Assembly (NCBI GenBank): GCA_034716155.1
Contig: JAYEFR010000082.1
Location: forward strand, 427 to 64,426
Source of the DNA: Thermodesulfobacteriota bacterium
GTDB taxonomy: Bacteria > Desulfobacterota > Desulfomonilia > UBA1062
DNA length: 64,000 bases
Reading direction: 5' to 3'
In this document: positions 19,947 to 28,965 of the stretch, one piece after another
Position numbering within the stretch: position 1 is the stretch's first letter
Layout of the letters: each line of letters opens with the position of its first letter
The notes under the pieces: model-generated
What the model was told of the DNA's origin: nothing
What the model saw: the letters and a program-made list of their open reading frames with translations, nothing else
The model's database searches: none
Program-made: the position numbers and the translations under genes

Positions 19947-21098
19947 TTACTTTCTCTTGCCAAGTATGTTTCTCGCGATCACTATCCTCATTATCTCGTT
20001 TGTACCTTCATATATCTGGGTGATCTTTGCGTCCCTCATATGCCTTTCCATAGGATACTCTGTTATATATCCATATCCGCCAAGTATCTGCACTCCTTCT
20101 ACGGACGCATCCATTGCAACATCTGAGGCAAACATCTTGGCCTGGGCCGCCTCCTTTTCAAATGGCAACCCTTTGCTCTCAAGCCATGCTGCCTTTAAAA
20201 TAAGCATCTCTGACGCATCTATGCGTGTTGCCATATCAGCGAGCTTAAACTGGATTGCCTGAAAACTTTCCAATGGTTTTCCAAACTGGACTCTCACCTT
20301 AACATATTCCAAGGCCTCCTCCAGGCAGGCCTTGGCGATCCCTAAGGCCTGCGATGCAATACCTATACGGCCGGAATCCAGGGTGGTGAGCATCTGTCTG
20401 AATCCAGACCCTGGATCGCCAATGATAGCGTCTTTGGGGATCATGGCATCTTCAAACACCAGTTCTGCAGTACCAGACGCCCTGATCCCCAATTTGTCTT
20501 CAACCTTACCAACAGAAAAACCTTTGGTTTCCTCTAGGTCAACAACAAATTGAGAAATGCCACGATATCCCTTTTCTTTATCCGTTATTGCGGCAAGTAT
20601 GGCATATTTTGCAATATTCCCATTCGTGATAAATCTTTTCTCACCATTTACAATCCATGTGTCTCCATCCAATACAGCAGTGGTCTTCATCCCGGACGGA
20701 TCAGATCCCGCATTTGCCTCTGTAAGTCCATAACACCCATGGGCCTGTCCGGATGCAACCGGGGTTAGAAACTCTTTTTTTTGTTCTTCGGAACCAAACT
20801 TCAAGACAGGAAACCCATAAAGCGAGTTGTTTACTGACATAATCACGCCTGTACCGGCACATGCCCTTGATATTTCTGTAAGGATAAGCGCGTATGCAAC
20901 ATAATCCATATCTGCACCACCATACCCGGATGGTATGGCTACTCCCATAAATCCCTGCTCGCCCATCTTCTTCAGTATTTCGTCCGAATGCTGATGACTC
21001 GCATCTAATTCAGCGGCAATAGGCTTAATCTCCTGATCTGCAAACCTTCCGGCCATGTCCTGAACCATCTTGTGTTCTTCACTCAACGCAAAGTCCAT
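19947..21098 (-). CDS. bcd: Short-chain (butyryl-) acyl-CoA dehydrogenase
   Basis: Classical ACAD layout with C-terminal ...YEGTNEI... motif. Start preferred at MDFALSEEHK (21098), where a GGGGG RBS lies 5 nt upstream. Confidence 0.85.
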   Translation of the reverse strand: MDFALSEEHKMVQDMAGRFADQEIKPIAAELDASHQHSDEILKKMGEQGFMGVAIPSGYGGADMDYVAYALILTEISRACAGTGVIMSVNNSLYGFPVLKFGSEEQKKEFLTPVASGQAHGCYGLTEANAGSDPSGMKTTAVLDGDTWIVNGEKRFITNGNIAKYAILAAITDKEKGYRGISQFVVDLEETKGFSVGKVEDKLGIRASGTAELVFEDAMIPKDAIIGDPGSGFRQMLTTLDSGRIGIASQALGIAKACLEEALEYVKVRVQFGKPLESFQAIQFKLADMATRIDASEMLILKAAWLESKGLPFEKEAAQAKMFASDVAMDASVEGVQILGGYGYITEYPMERHMRDAKITQIYEGTNEIMRIVIARNILGKRK

Positions 21099-21162
21099 AT
21101 AATCCCCCTGTAATATAATTATTCCCACAGGGTATTATCATAATCCTATAATCAGATTCAAG

Positions 21163-21288
21163 TTTATATGAAAACAGGGGTCGGGGATCAGGGGCCGGTT
21201 TTCAGGGATGGATGTTTTTCTCATCCTGGGCATATTCTCATGCTTGGTTGTGGGTACCTGCGCTCATGCGGGTTTATTAGATTGGATA
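21163..21288 (+). repeat. Intergenic repeat family A, copy 2 (X+Y modules)
   Basis: TTTATATGAAAACAGGGGTCGGGGATCAGGGGCCGGTTTTCAGGGATGGATGTTTTTCTCATCC...GCGCTCATGCGGGTTTAT. Confidence 0.65.
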
Positions 21289-21364
21289 TATCCTGGACTT
21301 ATTAATGTAACATGGTTTATATAGATAACTAATCTAAATGATTTATTAGAGGAGGTCTATTAAA

Positions 21365-22591
21365 ATGACGGAAGAAACAACCTTTAAGGTCTATGGTTAC
21401 AGGTGGATAGTGCTTTTATTCTATTCAATACTTCAAGGTGTAATGCAAATGCTTTGGATTACCTTTGCACCTATCACTGGTCAGGCAGCTGACTTTTATC
21501 ATGTGACCCCATTGCAGATTGGTCTCCTTTCCATGATCTTTATGATCGTATACCTCTTTTTGTCTATACCTGCTTCATGGATGGTTGACACCTATGGTAT
21601 ACGTAAAGGGGTAGGATTAGGGGCCATCTTGACTGGTGTATTTGGGTTTACCAGGGGATTATTTGGGGATAACTACACGATTGTCTTTGCCTCCACATTT
21701 ATGATCGCCGTAGCACAACCATTCATTCTCAATTCTGTAACCGTAATGGCAGCCAGGTGGTTTCCTCTAAAAGAAAGGGCGACTGCAGCAGGGATTGCAG
21801 TCTTATTCCAGTACCTAGGTATTATTGTTGCGATGGCAGCGACACCTTTCCTTGCCATCAAATATACCATACCAGGTATGCTCAATATATTCGGGGTTAT
21901 CTCGATTATAAGTGCAATCGTCTTTTTCGTATTTGTGAAGGAACGCCCACTAACCCCACCCTGCGCCGCTGACCAGACTGAACGAACCCTGGTATTAGAA
22001 GGCCTCAAACACATCTTTAAACAGAGAAACATGATAATCGCTATACTTCTGTTCTTCATAGGATTAGGCATGTTTAATGCCGTAAGCACATGGATCGAGC
22101 AGATATTAAGCCCAAGGGGATTTAATGCCACACAGGCAGGGATGGTAGGTGCAATTATGATGATTGGTGGTATTGCTGGTGCATCCATCTTACCACCTCT
22201 ATCAGACAAATATCGCAGGAGAAAACCGTTTTTGCTGCTTGCCATGATCTGTGCAACCCCGGGGCTTATTGGTTTGTCCTTTGTAACGAGTTATCCTCTA
22301 CTGTTAGTATCAGGGTTTGTTTTAGGTTTCTTCTTTATGAGCGCTGGGCCTATAGGTTATCAATACAGTGCAGAGGTAAGTTACCCGGCACCAGAGGCCA
22401 CATCTCAGGGTCTTCTTGTACTTTCCGGACAGATCTCAGGGATAATCTTTATCTTTGGCATGGATGCGTTCAGAACCGTGTCAGGTTCCATGACCCCATC
22501 TTTGGTGGTGCTGGCAGGACTTATGATTGTAAACATAATACTGTGTACTATGTTAAAGGAATCCTCATTGATCAAGGCAGAACATAAATAA
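21365..22591 (+). CDS. MFS transporter
   Basis: 408-aa ORF with a 12-TM pattern; GGAGG RBS upstream. Confidence 0.75.
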   Translation: MTEETTFKVYGYRWIVLLFYSILQGVMQMLWITFAPITGQAADFYHVTPLQIGLLSMIFMIVYLFLSIPASWMVDTYGIRKGVGLGAILTGVFGFTRGLFGDNYTIVFASTFMIAVAQPFILNSVTVMAARWFPLKERATAAGIAVLFQYLGIIVAMAATPFLAIKYTIPGMLNIFGVISIISAIVFFVFVKERPLTPPCAADQTERTLVLEGLKHIFKQRNMIIAILLFFIGLGMFNAVSTWIEQILSPRGFNATQAGMVGAIMMIGGIAGASILPPLSDKYRRRKPFLLLAMICATPGLIGLSFVTSYPLLLVSGFVLGFFFMSAGPIGYQYSAEVSYPAPEATSQGLLVLSGQISGIIFIFGMDAFRTVSGSMTPSLVVLAGLMIVNIILCTMLKESSLIKAEHK

Positions 22592-22769
22592 CCAAAAATC
22601 AGGGGTGTGATTGCGCTAATAGCGCTCATAATACTGGGCATTATGCTATGCCTAAGATTTAAATAAAAAAAAGAAGCGGATGAATAAAAATTGTCTTTAC
22701 CTCATCCTCATATATGGGATATGAAGTATCCAAAATATCAAAACTAACTAGGGAGGGTAAAAAACCAAG

Positions 22770-23855
22770 ATGAAAAGGAATGTGTATATCTTCAATCCGG
22801 GACCAGCAGTCCTACCGGAGGTAGTACTTGAAAGTACCAGTAAGGCTGTATTGAATTTTGCAGGAACTAACATATCCATAATGGAGATAAGCCACAGATC
22901 AAAGGAATTCGATGGTCTTACAAATGATACGGCTGAACGCTTGAGACGAATCATGGATATACCTGACAACTATAAGATCTTATTTTTACAGGGTGGCGCC
23001 AGTCTGCAGTTTGCCATGGTGCCTATTAATCTTTTAGCCCCAGATAAAGTCGCAGATTACATAGATACCGGACGCTGGTCTACAAATGCAATAAAGGAGG
23101 CGAAAAAGATCGGAAAGGTGAACATTGCAGCATCATCAAAGGATCAAACCTATACAAGACTACCTTCTCCATCAGAGATTAAATTGAGCGTGGATGCCGC
23201 ATATTGTCATATCACATCAAATAACACCATCTATGGAACCCAGTGGCAAACATTTCCTGATACAGGAGAGACTCCTCTTATTGCAGATATGTCTTCTGAT
23301 ATACTATCCAGGAAGATTAAGGTTTCAGACTTTGGCATTATCTATGCCGGTGCACAGAAGAATATGGGGCCATCCGGGGTAACTGTAGTGATTATAAGGC
23401 AAGACCTTGCAAATAAGGCCCCGGAGGATACGCCAACTATGCTCAATTATTCAACCCATGTAGGAAAGAATTCCATGTTTAACACACCGCCGGTTCTCGC
23501 AATATTCGCTGTTCATGAGGTATTAAAATGGATAGAAGATGCGGGCGGCATCGAAAAGATAGAAGAGACCAACAATAAAAAGGCTGCCGCCATCTATGAA
23601 ATACTGGATTCGTCTGATTTTTACAGGGGTACTGTTGAGGCCGCATCAAGATCAAAGATGAATATACCATTCAGACTCCCATCAGAAAAACTTGAGCAGG
23701 AATTCCTATCGAATGCAACCAATCAAGGGTTTGTCGGGCTAAAAGGCCACAGATCTGTCGGAGGGATACGGGCGTCTATGTACAATGCACTGCCTCTGGA
23801 GGGCGCCGAGCGTCTGGCAGAGTTTATGCTCGATTTTGAAAAAAAGCATACATGA
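22770..23855 (+). CDS. serC: 3-phosphoserine/phosphohydroxythreonine aminotransferase
   Basis: 361 aa; N-terminus MKRNVYIFNPGPAVLPEVV... and length are typical of SerC. Confidence 0.9.
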   Translation: MKRNVYIFNPGPAVLPEVVLESTSKAVLNFAGTNISIMEISHRSKEFDGLTNDTAERLRRIMDIPDNYKILFLQGGASLQFAMVPINLLAPDKVADYIDTGRWSTNAIKEAKKIGKVNIAASSKDQTYTRLPSPSEIKLSVDAAYCHITSNNTIYGTQWQTFPDTGETPLIADMSSDILSRKIKVSDFGIIYAGAQKNMGPSGVTVVIIRQDLANKAPEDTPTMLNYSTHVGKNSMFNTPPVLAIFAVHEVLKWIEDAGGIEKIEETNNKKAAAIYEILDSSDFYRGTVEAASRSKMNIPFRLPSEKLEQEFLSNATNQGFVGLKGHRSVGGIRASMYNALPLEGAERLAEFMLDFEKKHT

Positions 23856-23885
23856 TCTTTTGACGTAACTACTTCGGTTGTCAGG

Positions 23886-24066
23886 TTCAAGGTTCACAGT
23901 TCACGGTTGGGCGCATCCAGGGCGACATAGCGCTTACTCTGGGCTTCCGTGCAAAACCTATCCGGCGTATTGCAAGAAGCGGATGAACTCCGCATTCATC
24001 TCTGAATCGAACCTCTCTTTCATCAGCTTAACCCTAAACCGTGAACCCCGGAACTTTGAACCTGAA
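23886..24066. repeat. ~180-bp element bounded by 27-bp inverted repeats (CAGGTTCAAGGTTCACAGTTCACGGTT ... AACCGTGAACCCCGGAACTTTGAACCTG); MITE-like
   Basis: The terminal inverted repeats are seen directly; the 68-aa ORF inside is probably spurious. Confidence 0.4.
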
Positions 24067-24078
24067 TGGTTACCTTTT

Positions 24079-24119
24079 GACTAACTGTCATGCCCTGTGC
24101 TGAAACATGACAGTTAGTC
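24079..24119. other. 14-bp perfect-stem hairpin GACTAACTGTCATG-(13 nt)-CATGACAGTTAGTC between convergent genes
   Basis: Seen directly; probably a transcript 3' end or stabiliser element between serC and the antiporter gene. Confidence 0.4.
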
Positions 24120-24195
24120 AGATTATGTGTCGTTCCTAAATAGTGATCACAAGTATATATTTTCTCTTGGCAAATCTTTCTGATCCCAATACCCT

Positions 24196-25407
24196 CTAGG
24201 CACCAGGCCTCTCATGGCTAGGTACAATGCCGCGTAATAGGATAGGCCCGAGGAATGTGGTGACCATAACCACTAACAACAAGGCAGAAAAATGCTCCTG
24301 ACACAGTACGCCGGATACAAGGCCAATATCGCCACAGATCAAACCCACCTCACCTCGTGGTAACATCCCTATACCTACAATGAGTCTAGTGCCTTTCCCT
24401 GCAGGAACAACAAGGCCACATACCAATTTCCCCACTATGGCGCAGGCTATAAGGACCATACTCAGCCCCAATATGGGTACGTTGCCGGGGTCAAAGGGGT
24501 TAAGGAGAGAAAGGTCCATCTTTAATCCCATCAGTATGAAAAACAGCGATGCAAATACACTGATGAATGGACGCAAGGCATGATCGATATCGCTTCGCTG
24601 CCTGACCTCAGAGAGGGTTAATCCTGCCATAAAAGCGCCTACTATAGGATCAAGCCCTATTACATTGGCTATGTATGCGAGAACAAGCAAAAACATGAAG
24701 CTTACTATGGTTACGCCTTTCTCACCATAGGTGTCTTCAAACAAATCCATGATTCTTGAGGCTAGGGGGCGCAAGACCAGAAGTACAATCGCAAAAAAGA
24801 CAACCACCATGCCAAGGATATGGAGTATATTCATCACCGATAATGATTGACCAGAGGCCATACCTGAAACCATTACAATGATGATCAGCCCTATCACGTC
24901 ATCCAGCACAGCCGCACTAAGAATTATGAGACTGCTGTCAGATTTAATCATGCCCAGTTCATCCAGCACCTCGGCTGTAATGCCTACGCTTGTAGCTGTC
25001 AATGTGGCCCCTATGAAGAGAGCAACCATTGTAGAAAGATTGAAGAGCATTATCGCTATCCAGTAACCAAGGGCGAAAGGCACAATAATCCCTACTAAGG
25101 CTACTGATACAGCGGTTCCTCCAACAGAGATGACCTTTTTCAGGCGTATATCGAGGCCCACCTCGAAAAGTAGGGCACATATACCTATCTGGGCCAGTAG
25201 ATGCAGACACTCTCCACAACACACTTCGTGCGCAGCCAATAATGGGATAGCATTTTGAAAAACGAGCCCGAGGAGTGCCCCTGCGGTCAACTCCCCCAAT
25301 ATGATAGGCTGCCCAAGTTGCTTTGCAATCCAGCCCCCAGCTACTCCTGATACCAAAAGAACAAAAAGAACTATAAAAACATCCCCAACTTCCACTGCAA
25401 CCTCCAA
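24196..25407 (-). CDS. Cation:proton antiporter (Na+/H+ exchanger family, CPA1/CPA2)
   Basis: 403-aa polytopic protein with the Na_H_exchanger-like TM pattern. Confidence 0.7.
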   Translation of the reverse strand: MEVAVEVGDVFIVLFVLLVSGVAGGWIAKQLGQPIILGELTAGALLGLVFQNAIPLLAAHEVCCGECLHLLAQIGICALLFEVGLDIRLKKVISVGGTAVSVALVGIIVPFALGYWIAIMLFNLSTMVALFIGATLTATSVGITAEVLDELGMIKSDSSLIILSAAVLDDVIGLIIIVMVSGMASGQSLSVMNILHILGMVVVFFAIVLLVLRPLASRIMDLFEDTYGEKGVTIVSFMFLLVLAYIANVIGLDPIVGAFMAGLTLSEVRQRSDIDHALRPFISVFASLFFILMGLKMDLSLLNPFDPGNVPILGLSMVLIACAIVGKLVCGLVVPAGKGTRLIVGIGMLPRGEVGLICGDIGLVSGVLCQEHFSALLLVVMVTTFLGPILLRGIVPSHERPGA

Positions 25408-25462
25408 AATTATAAAATCAGGAGATCAAAAAATATAAGTGCATCTATAATACAAAATTATA

Positions 25463-25960
25463 TCAACCCTTGCGGGACTTAAAGATCCTCGATAAAAGGC
25501 CACCACGGTCTAAGACCTTTTCTTCTTTAGCCCTCTCCTCTTCATAACCCATAGCTGAAAAGAATATAACCCTATCAAAAAATAGGATTACACGATTGTT
25601 TAACTCCAGCGATCGCTGACATTCATATGAAGAATCTATTATTTGATTTTCCACTATATACAGCCACAAGTGTCTCTTCATAAGCATAAAAGCCATCATA
25701 ACTTCATGACAGGGGATGCCTTCTCTGTATCTCTGCCCCCCAAGCTCAGTATAGTATTTCCTAATATTCGTCTTACCCTTATCCCTGCTAAGCCATGAAT
25801 CTAACCTGCTGTACACATCATGAACACGCTCATATACACGGTCCTCCGACAGGTTTCGGTAATGCTTTGTCTCTTCCCTACTAAGAAGATCCTTCATTAA
25901 ACGCCTGGTCAATTCATCTGCACGTTGCTCTATCAAATCAATTAATTTTTGAGAAATCAT
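25463..25960 (-). CDS. Hypothetical cytoplasmic protein (possibly an RsbR-N-like sensor/regulatory domain)
   Basis: 165 aa, helical composition, no catalytic motif. Confidence 0.45.
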   Translation of the reverse strand: MISQKLIDLIEQRADELTRRLMKDLLSREETKHYRNLSEDRVYERVHDVYSRLDSWLSRDKGKTNIRKYYTELGGQRYREGIPCHEVMMAFMLMKRHLWLYIVENQIIDSSYECQRSLELNNRVILFFDRVIFFSAMGYEEERAKEEKVLDRGGLLSRIFKSRKG

Positions 25961-26163
25961 AACCCCTCCCTAGCGTATTTAATATGTGTTATAAATATAT
26001 TAAACATATAAACCTTTGCAAGGCCTATAAGCCCAAGCTGCGTTCAATTAGTTACCTTCCGGAATTGCTCCCCATATATTTGTGTCATAAAACAATTGGC
26101 CCCTGATTTAGGCAAATCTTTTTAATCCTTACGAAATGCCTGAGACGATTTTACACATGCATC

Positions 26164-27144
26164 TTAGTCACTGTTCATCGGTGTTGTGTCCTGATCTTTT
26201 TCTTTTATCTCTCCTTGAGATTTCGTGTCTTTGTCATCTTTCGCCTCGATTTTACTTTCTGGAGCAAATTCCTTGGACAATGCGGCGATACCTGCAATAG
26301 AGCCTAGTTGCATAGTTTCAACAGCAGTGCTGGGGACGATCACCAAAGTACTCCTTTCCTTTATGCCCTCATAAAGTATGTTCATAGCCCTTAGATGGAG
26401 AGCAGTTGGGTTATCAGTATAGGTCTTGGCCGCTTCTTCAAACTTCTCTGCCACCTGCCTTTCTGCATCCCCAAGGATAATTCTTGCCTGACGCTCTCTT
26501 TCTGCCTGTGCCTGCATCGACATAGCATCCTCCAACCCTGAGGGGATGACCACATCCCTGATCTCAACGGCAATCACATTGACTCCCCACGGCTCTATTC
26601 GCTCATATATAATATTTTGAAGTTCAGTATCAATTTTTTCCCTCCCCACCAACATATCAGAGAGCTTGCTCTTACCAATCACATCACGTAAGGCTGTTTG
26701 ACAGGCCCAGGTTATGGCTTCACGATAATCAGCCACCTCTAAAGCCGCCTTCTCCGGAACAATAACCTTCCAGAAAAGGACTGCGTCGACGTCCACCGGT
26801 ACAGTATCTTCCGTAAGGGTCTTCTCCGCGCTGAAAGAAGTAGTGATCACCCTGAGGTCAATCCAGTAAGGTATGGAGTCAATAACAGGGATAATGAAAA
26901 ATAGCCCCGGGCCCTTTAGTGAAAGAAATTTGCCCAACCGCAACACAACAACCCTTTCCCACTGATCCGCAACCTTAATGGCGGAAGATATAGCCAACGC
27001 AATAACAAGGGCGATAATCCAGATCCAATTGGTATTAGGATCACCGGAACTCATATATTTCATATATGCTAACACTGCACTAGGAACGAAAATTATACAA
27101 AAAATCAGTATGGCAAACATGTTTGGACCTGCTTTTTTCATCAT
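26164..27144 (-). CDS. SPFH/band-7 (stomatin/prohibitin-like) membrane protein
   Basis: N-terminal TM segments followed by an SPFH core (...RVVVLRLGKF... EIRDVVIP...) and an Ala/Glu-rich coiled-coil tail. Confidence 0.8.
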   Translation of the reverse strand: MMKKAGPNMFAILIFCIIFVPSAVLAYMKYMSSGDPNTNWIWIIALVIALAISSAIKVADQWERVVVLRLGKFLSLKGPGLFFIIPVIDSIPYWIDLRVITTSFSAEKTLTEDTVPVDVDAVLFWKVIVPEKAALEVADYREAITWACQTALRDVIGKSKLSDMLVGREKIDTELQNIIYERIEPWGVNVIAVEIRDVVIPSGLEDAMSMQAQAERERQARIILGDAERQVAEKFEEAAKTYTDNPTALHLRAMNILYEGIKERSTLVIVPSTAVETMQLGSIAGIAALSKEFAPESKIEAKDDKDTKSQGEIKEKDQDTTPMNSD

Positions 27145-27282
27145 ATGCCTCCTTTCTTTTTCTTACCTTACTTACTGCCAATACCTAGCTCATAATTGCT
27201 TATTACAAGTTTCTGATTCATATCACATTAATATAATTTTTATTAAGCAAAAAACAATGCATTATATGAACTCTGGTTATCT

Positions 27283-27855
27283 CTATCCGATTATGATATC
27301 ATCCACGGCACGCTTTGGAACGTGGTGAACGCCTTTACTATCTCTCCAGTACTTGATATCTCCAGTAGAATCAACTGTCTCTATCTTAACTGTCTCCTTT
27401 GGTTTGCCCAAGGCCAAGACGAGAAGAATTTCATATTGGGGTGGTATATCCAAGGCATCCTGAAGCCTTTTCTTATTTACTGAAGCGATCATGCATCCAC
27501 CCATGCCCTTTTCTGCAGCACCCAAGAGGATGGTTTGAGCCGCTATTCCATGGTCACACCAAAAATAGGGGCTTATCTCTTTGTCCCCAAGGATAATAAT
27601 ATAAGCCGACGGCCTCTCCCCCTCGGGGGGGCCAGGCCAGTCTTCAAGATAGGCAGCCCAGGCAAGGTGGGGAAATATCAAGCTATTTTTTTCAGGATCA
27701 TTCGATAGGATATATTTTAAGGGCTGGATATTGCCTGCTGAGGCAGAGAGCCTCGCATAATCAACGAGCTGCCTGAGGGTATCCATATCTATTGCAACTT
27801 CCTGATAAAACCTGCGATAACTTCTGTTCTTTAGTATTAGATTTTTTACCATCAT
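27283..27855 (-). CDS. Nitroreductase family protein
   Basis: 190 aa with nitroreductase fold motifs (...RRSYRRF..., ...GMGGCMI...). Confidence 0.75.
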   Translation of the reverse strand: MMVKNLILKNRSYRRFYQEVAIDMDTLRQLVDYARLSASAGNIQPLKYILSNDPEKNSLIFPHLAWAAYLEDWPGPPEGERPSAYIIILGDKEISPYFWCDHGIAAQTILLGAAEKGMGGCMIASVNKKRLQDALDIPPQYEILLVLALGKPKETVKIETVDSTGDIKYWRDSKGVHHVPKRAVDDIIIG

Positions 27856-27995
27856 AATCCCCTTAATTTTATTAATTACCTATAACTCAATTTTTTATAA
27901 CCTGCAAAAAATACTGGCTTTTATTTTCCGGCAGTGTCTGTATTTCATCTAAGTATCTAGAAATACAACTGACCACTGGTGGTGGTCTACTGACA

Positions 27996-28508
27996 CTACC
28001 TGTTTTTCAGTGCCTTTATAATCTCTTTGCTAAATACGATCAGGTCCGCCGGAGTCCTTGATGTTATGAGATTTTCGCATACGACAACCTCTGCATCTAC
28101 AAAGTCGGCCCCTGCATTTAAAAGATCATCCTTGATCGAGAAAAAACCAGTTACCTTTTTACCTCTCAGGTTGCAACAAGATGCCATCATCCAGGGTCCA
28201 TGGCATATCGCGGCAATCAGTTTCTTTTTCCTATCCATCTGCATTACAAACTCTACAGTAGAAGGACATCTCCTCATCCTGTCCGGAGAATACCCCCCTG
28301 GAATAACAACCGCATCATAATCATCTGCCTTAATCTCATTCGATGCAAACCCGCTCTTTGTGGGATATCCATGTTTCCCTTTGTATTCCACACCCTTTTC
28401 TGTCCCAATTATATCCACCTTAAATCCCTCTTCCTGCAATCTATACAAAGGATATTGCAGCTCCATATCCTCATACAAATCTTCCACCAAGATTGCAACG
28501 TGTATCAT
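27996..28508 (-). CDS. DJ-1/PfpI family protein (intracellular protease/amidase)
   Basis: MIHVAILVEDLYEDMEL..., nucleophile-elbow ...AAICHGPW... Confidence 0.85.
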   Translation of the reverse strand: MIHVAILVEDLYEDMELQYPLYRLQEEGFKVDIIGTEKGVEYKGKHGYPTKSGFASNEIKADDYDAVVIPGGYSPDRMRRCPSTVEFVMQMDRKKKLIAAICHGPWMMASCCNLRGKKVTGFFSIKDDLLNAGADFVDAEVVVCENLITSRTPADLIVFSKEIIKALKNR

Positions 28509-28533
28509 CTATTCTCCCCTTTGCACGGTAGTT

Positions 28534-28848
28534 TTATTTTGTCTCTTCTTCAATCCACTCCAGAAACTTAGCATTCCCGCCTAAGATTGGCAGAACCACT
28601 ATACATGGGCACGAGTATGAGTGCATCTGCCTTACCTTCTCAACCAATTCAGGTACCAGATTCTCCTTTGTCTTTGCAATAAGGATGGCTTCGCTGTCGT
28701 CCTGAATCTCTCCCTCCCACCAGTACATGGAATTCATATTGTCTATGATATTGACACATGCAGCCAACCTGGTCTCGACCAATTCCTTGCCGATCCTTCT
28801 TGCTTCATCTTTATCCTTTGTGGTTACGTAGATGATATTTAGTTTCAT
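28534..28848 (-). CDS. cutA: Divalent-cation tolerance protein CutA
   Basis: 104 aa; ...YVTTKDKDEARRIGKELVETRLAACVNII... matches the CutA1 family. Confidence 0.85.
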   Translation of the reverse strand: MKLNIIYVTTKDKDEARRIGKELVETRLAACVNIIDNMNSMYWWEGEIQDDSEAILIAKTKENLVPELVEKVRQMHSYSCPCIVVLPILGGNAKFLEWIEEETK

Positions 28849-28965
28849 GGTTTCTCCCTGGTTACATATTTATTAAGTGGATGAAAATTCCACATGCTCT
28901 TACCGAGATGTCCTCTGCTAAAGTTGATTGCCAAAGGCAGGCTCTGCCTGAACCTTCCATCTGTT

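Noticed and set aside
23960-24040. tRNA-like T-arm motif GGTTCGATTC on the minus strand
   Set aside because: There is no acceptor stem, CCA context or anticodon arm; it lies inside the IR-bounded MITE-like element.
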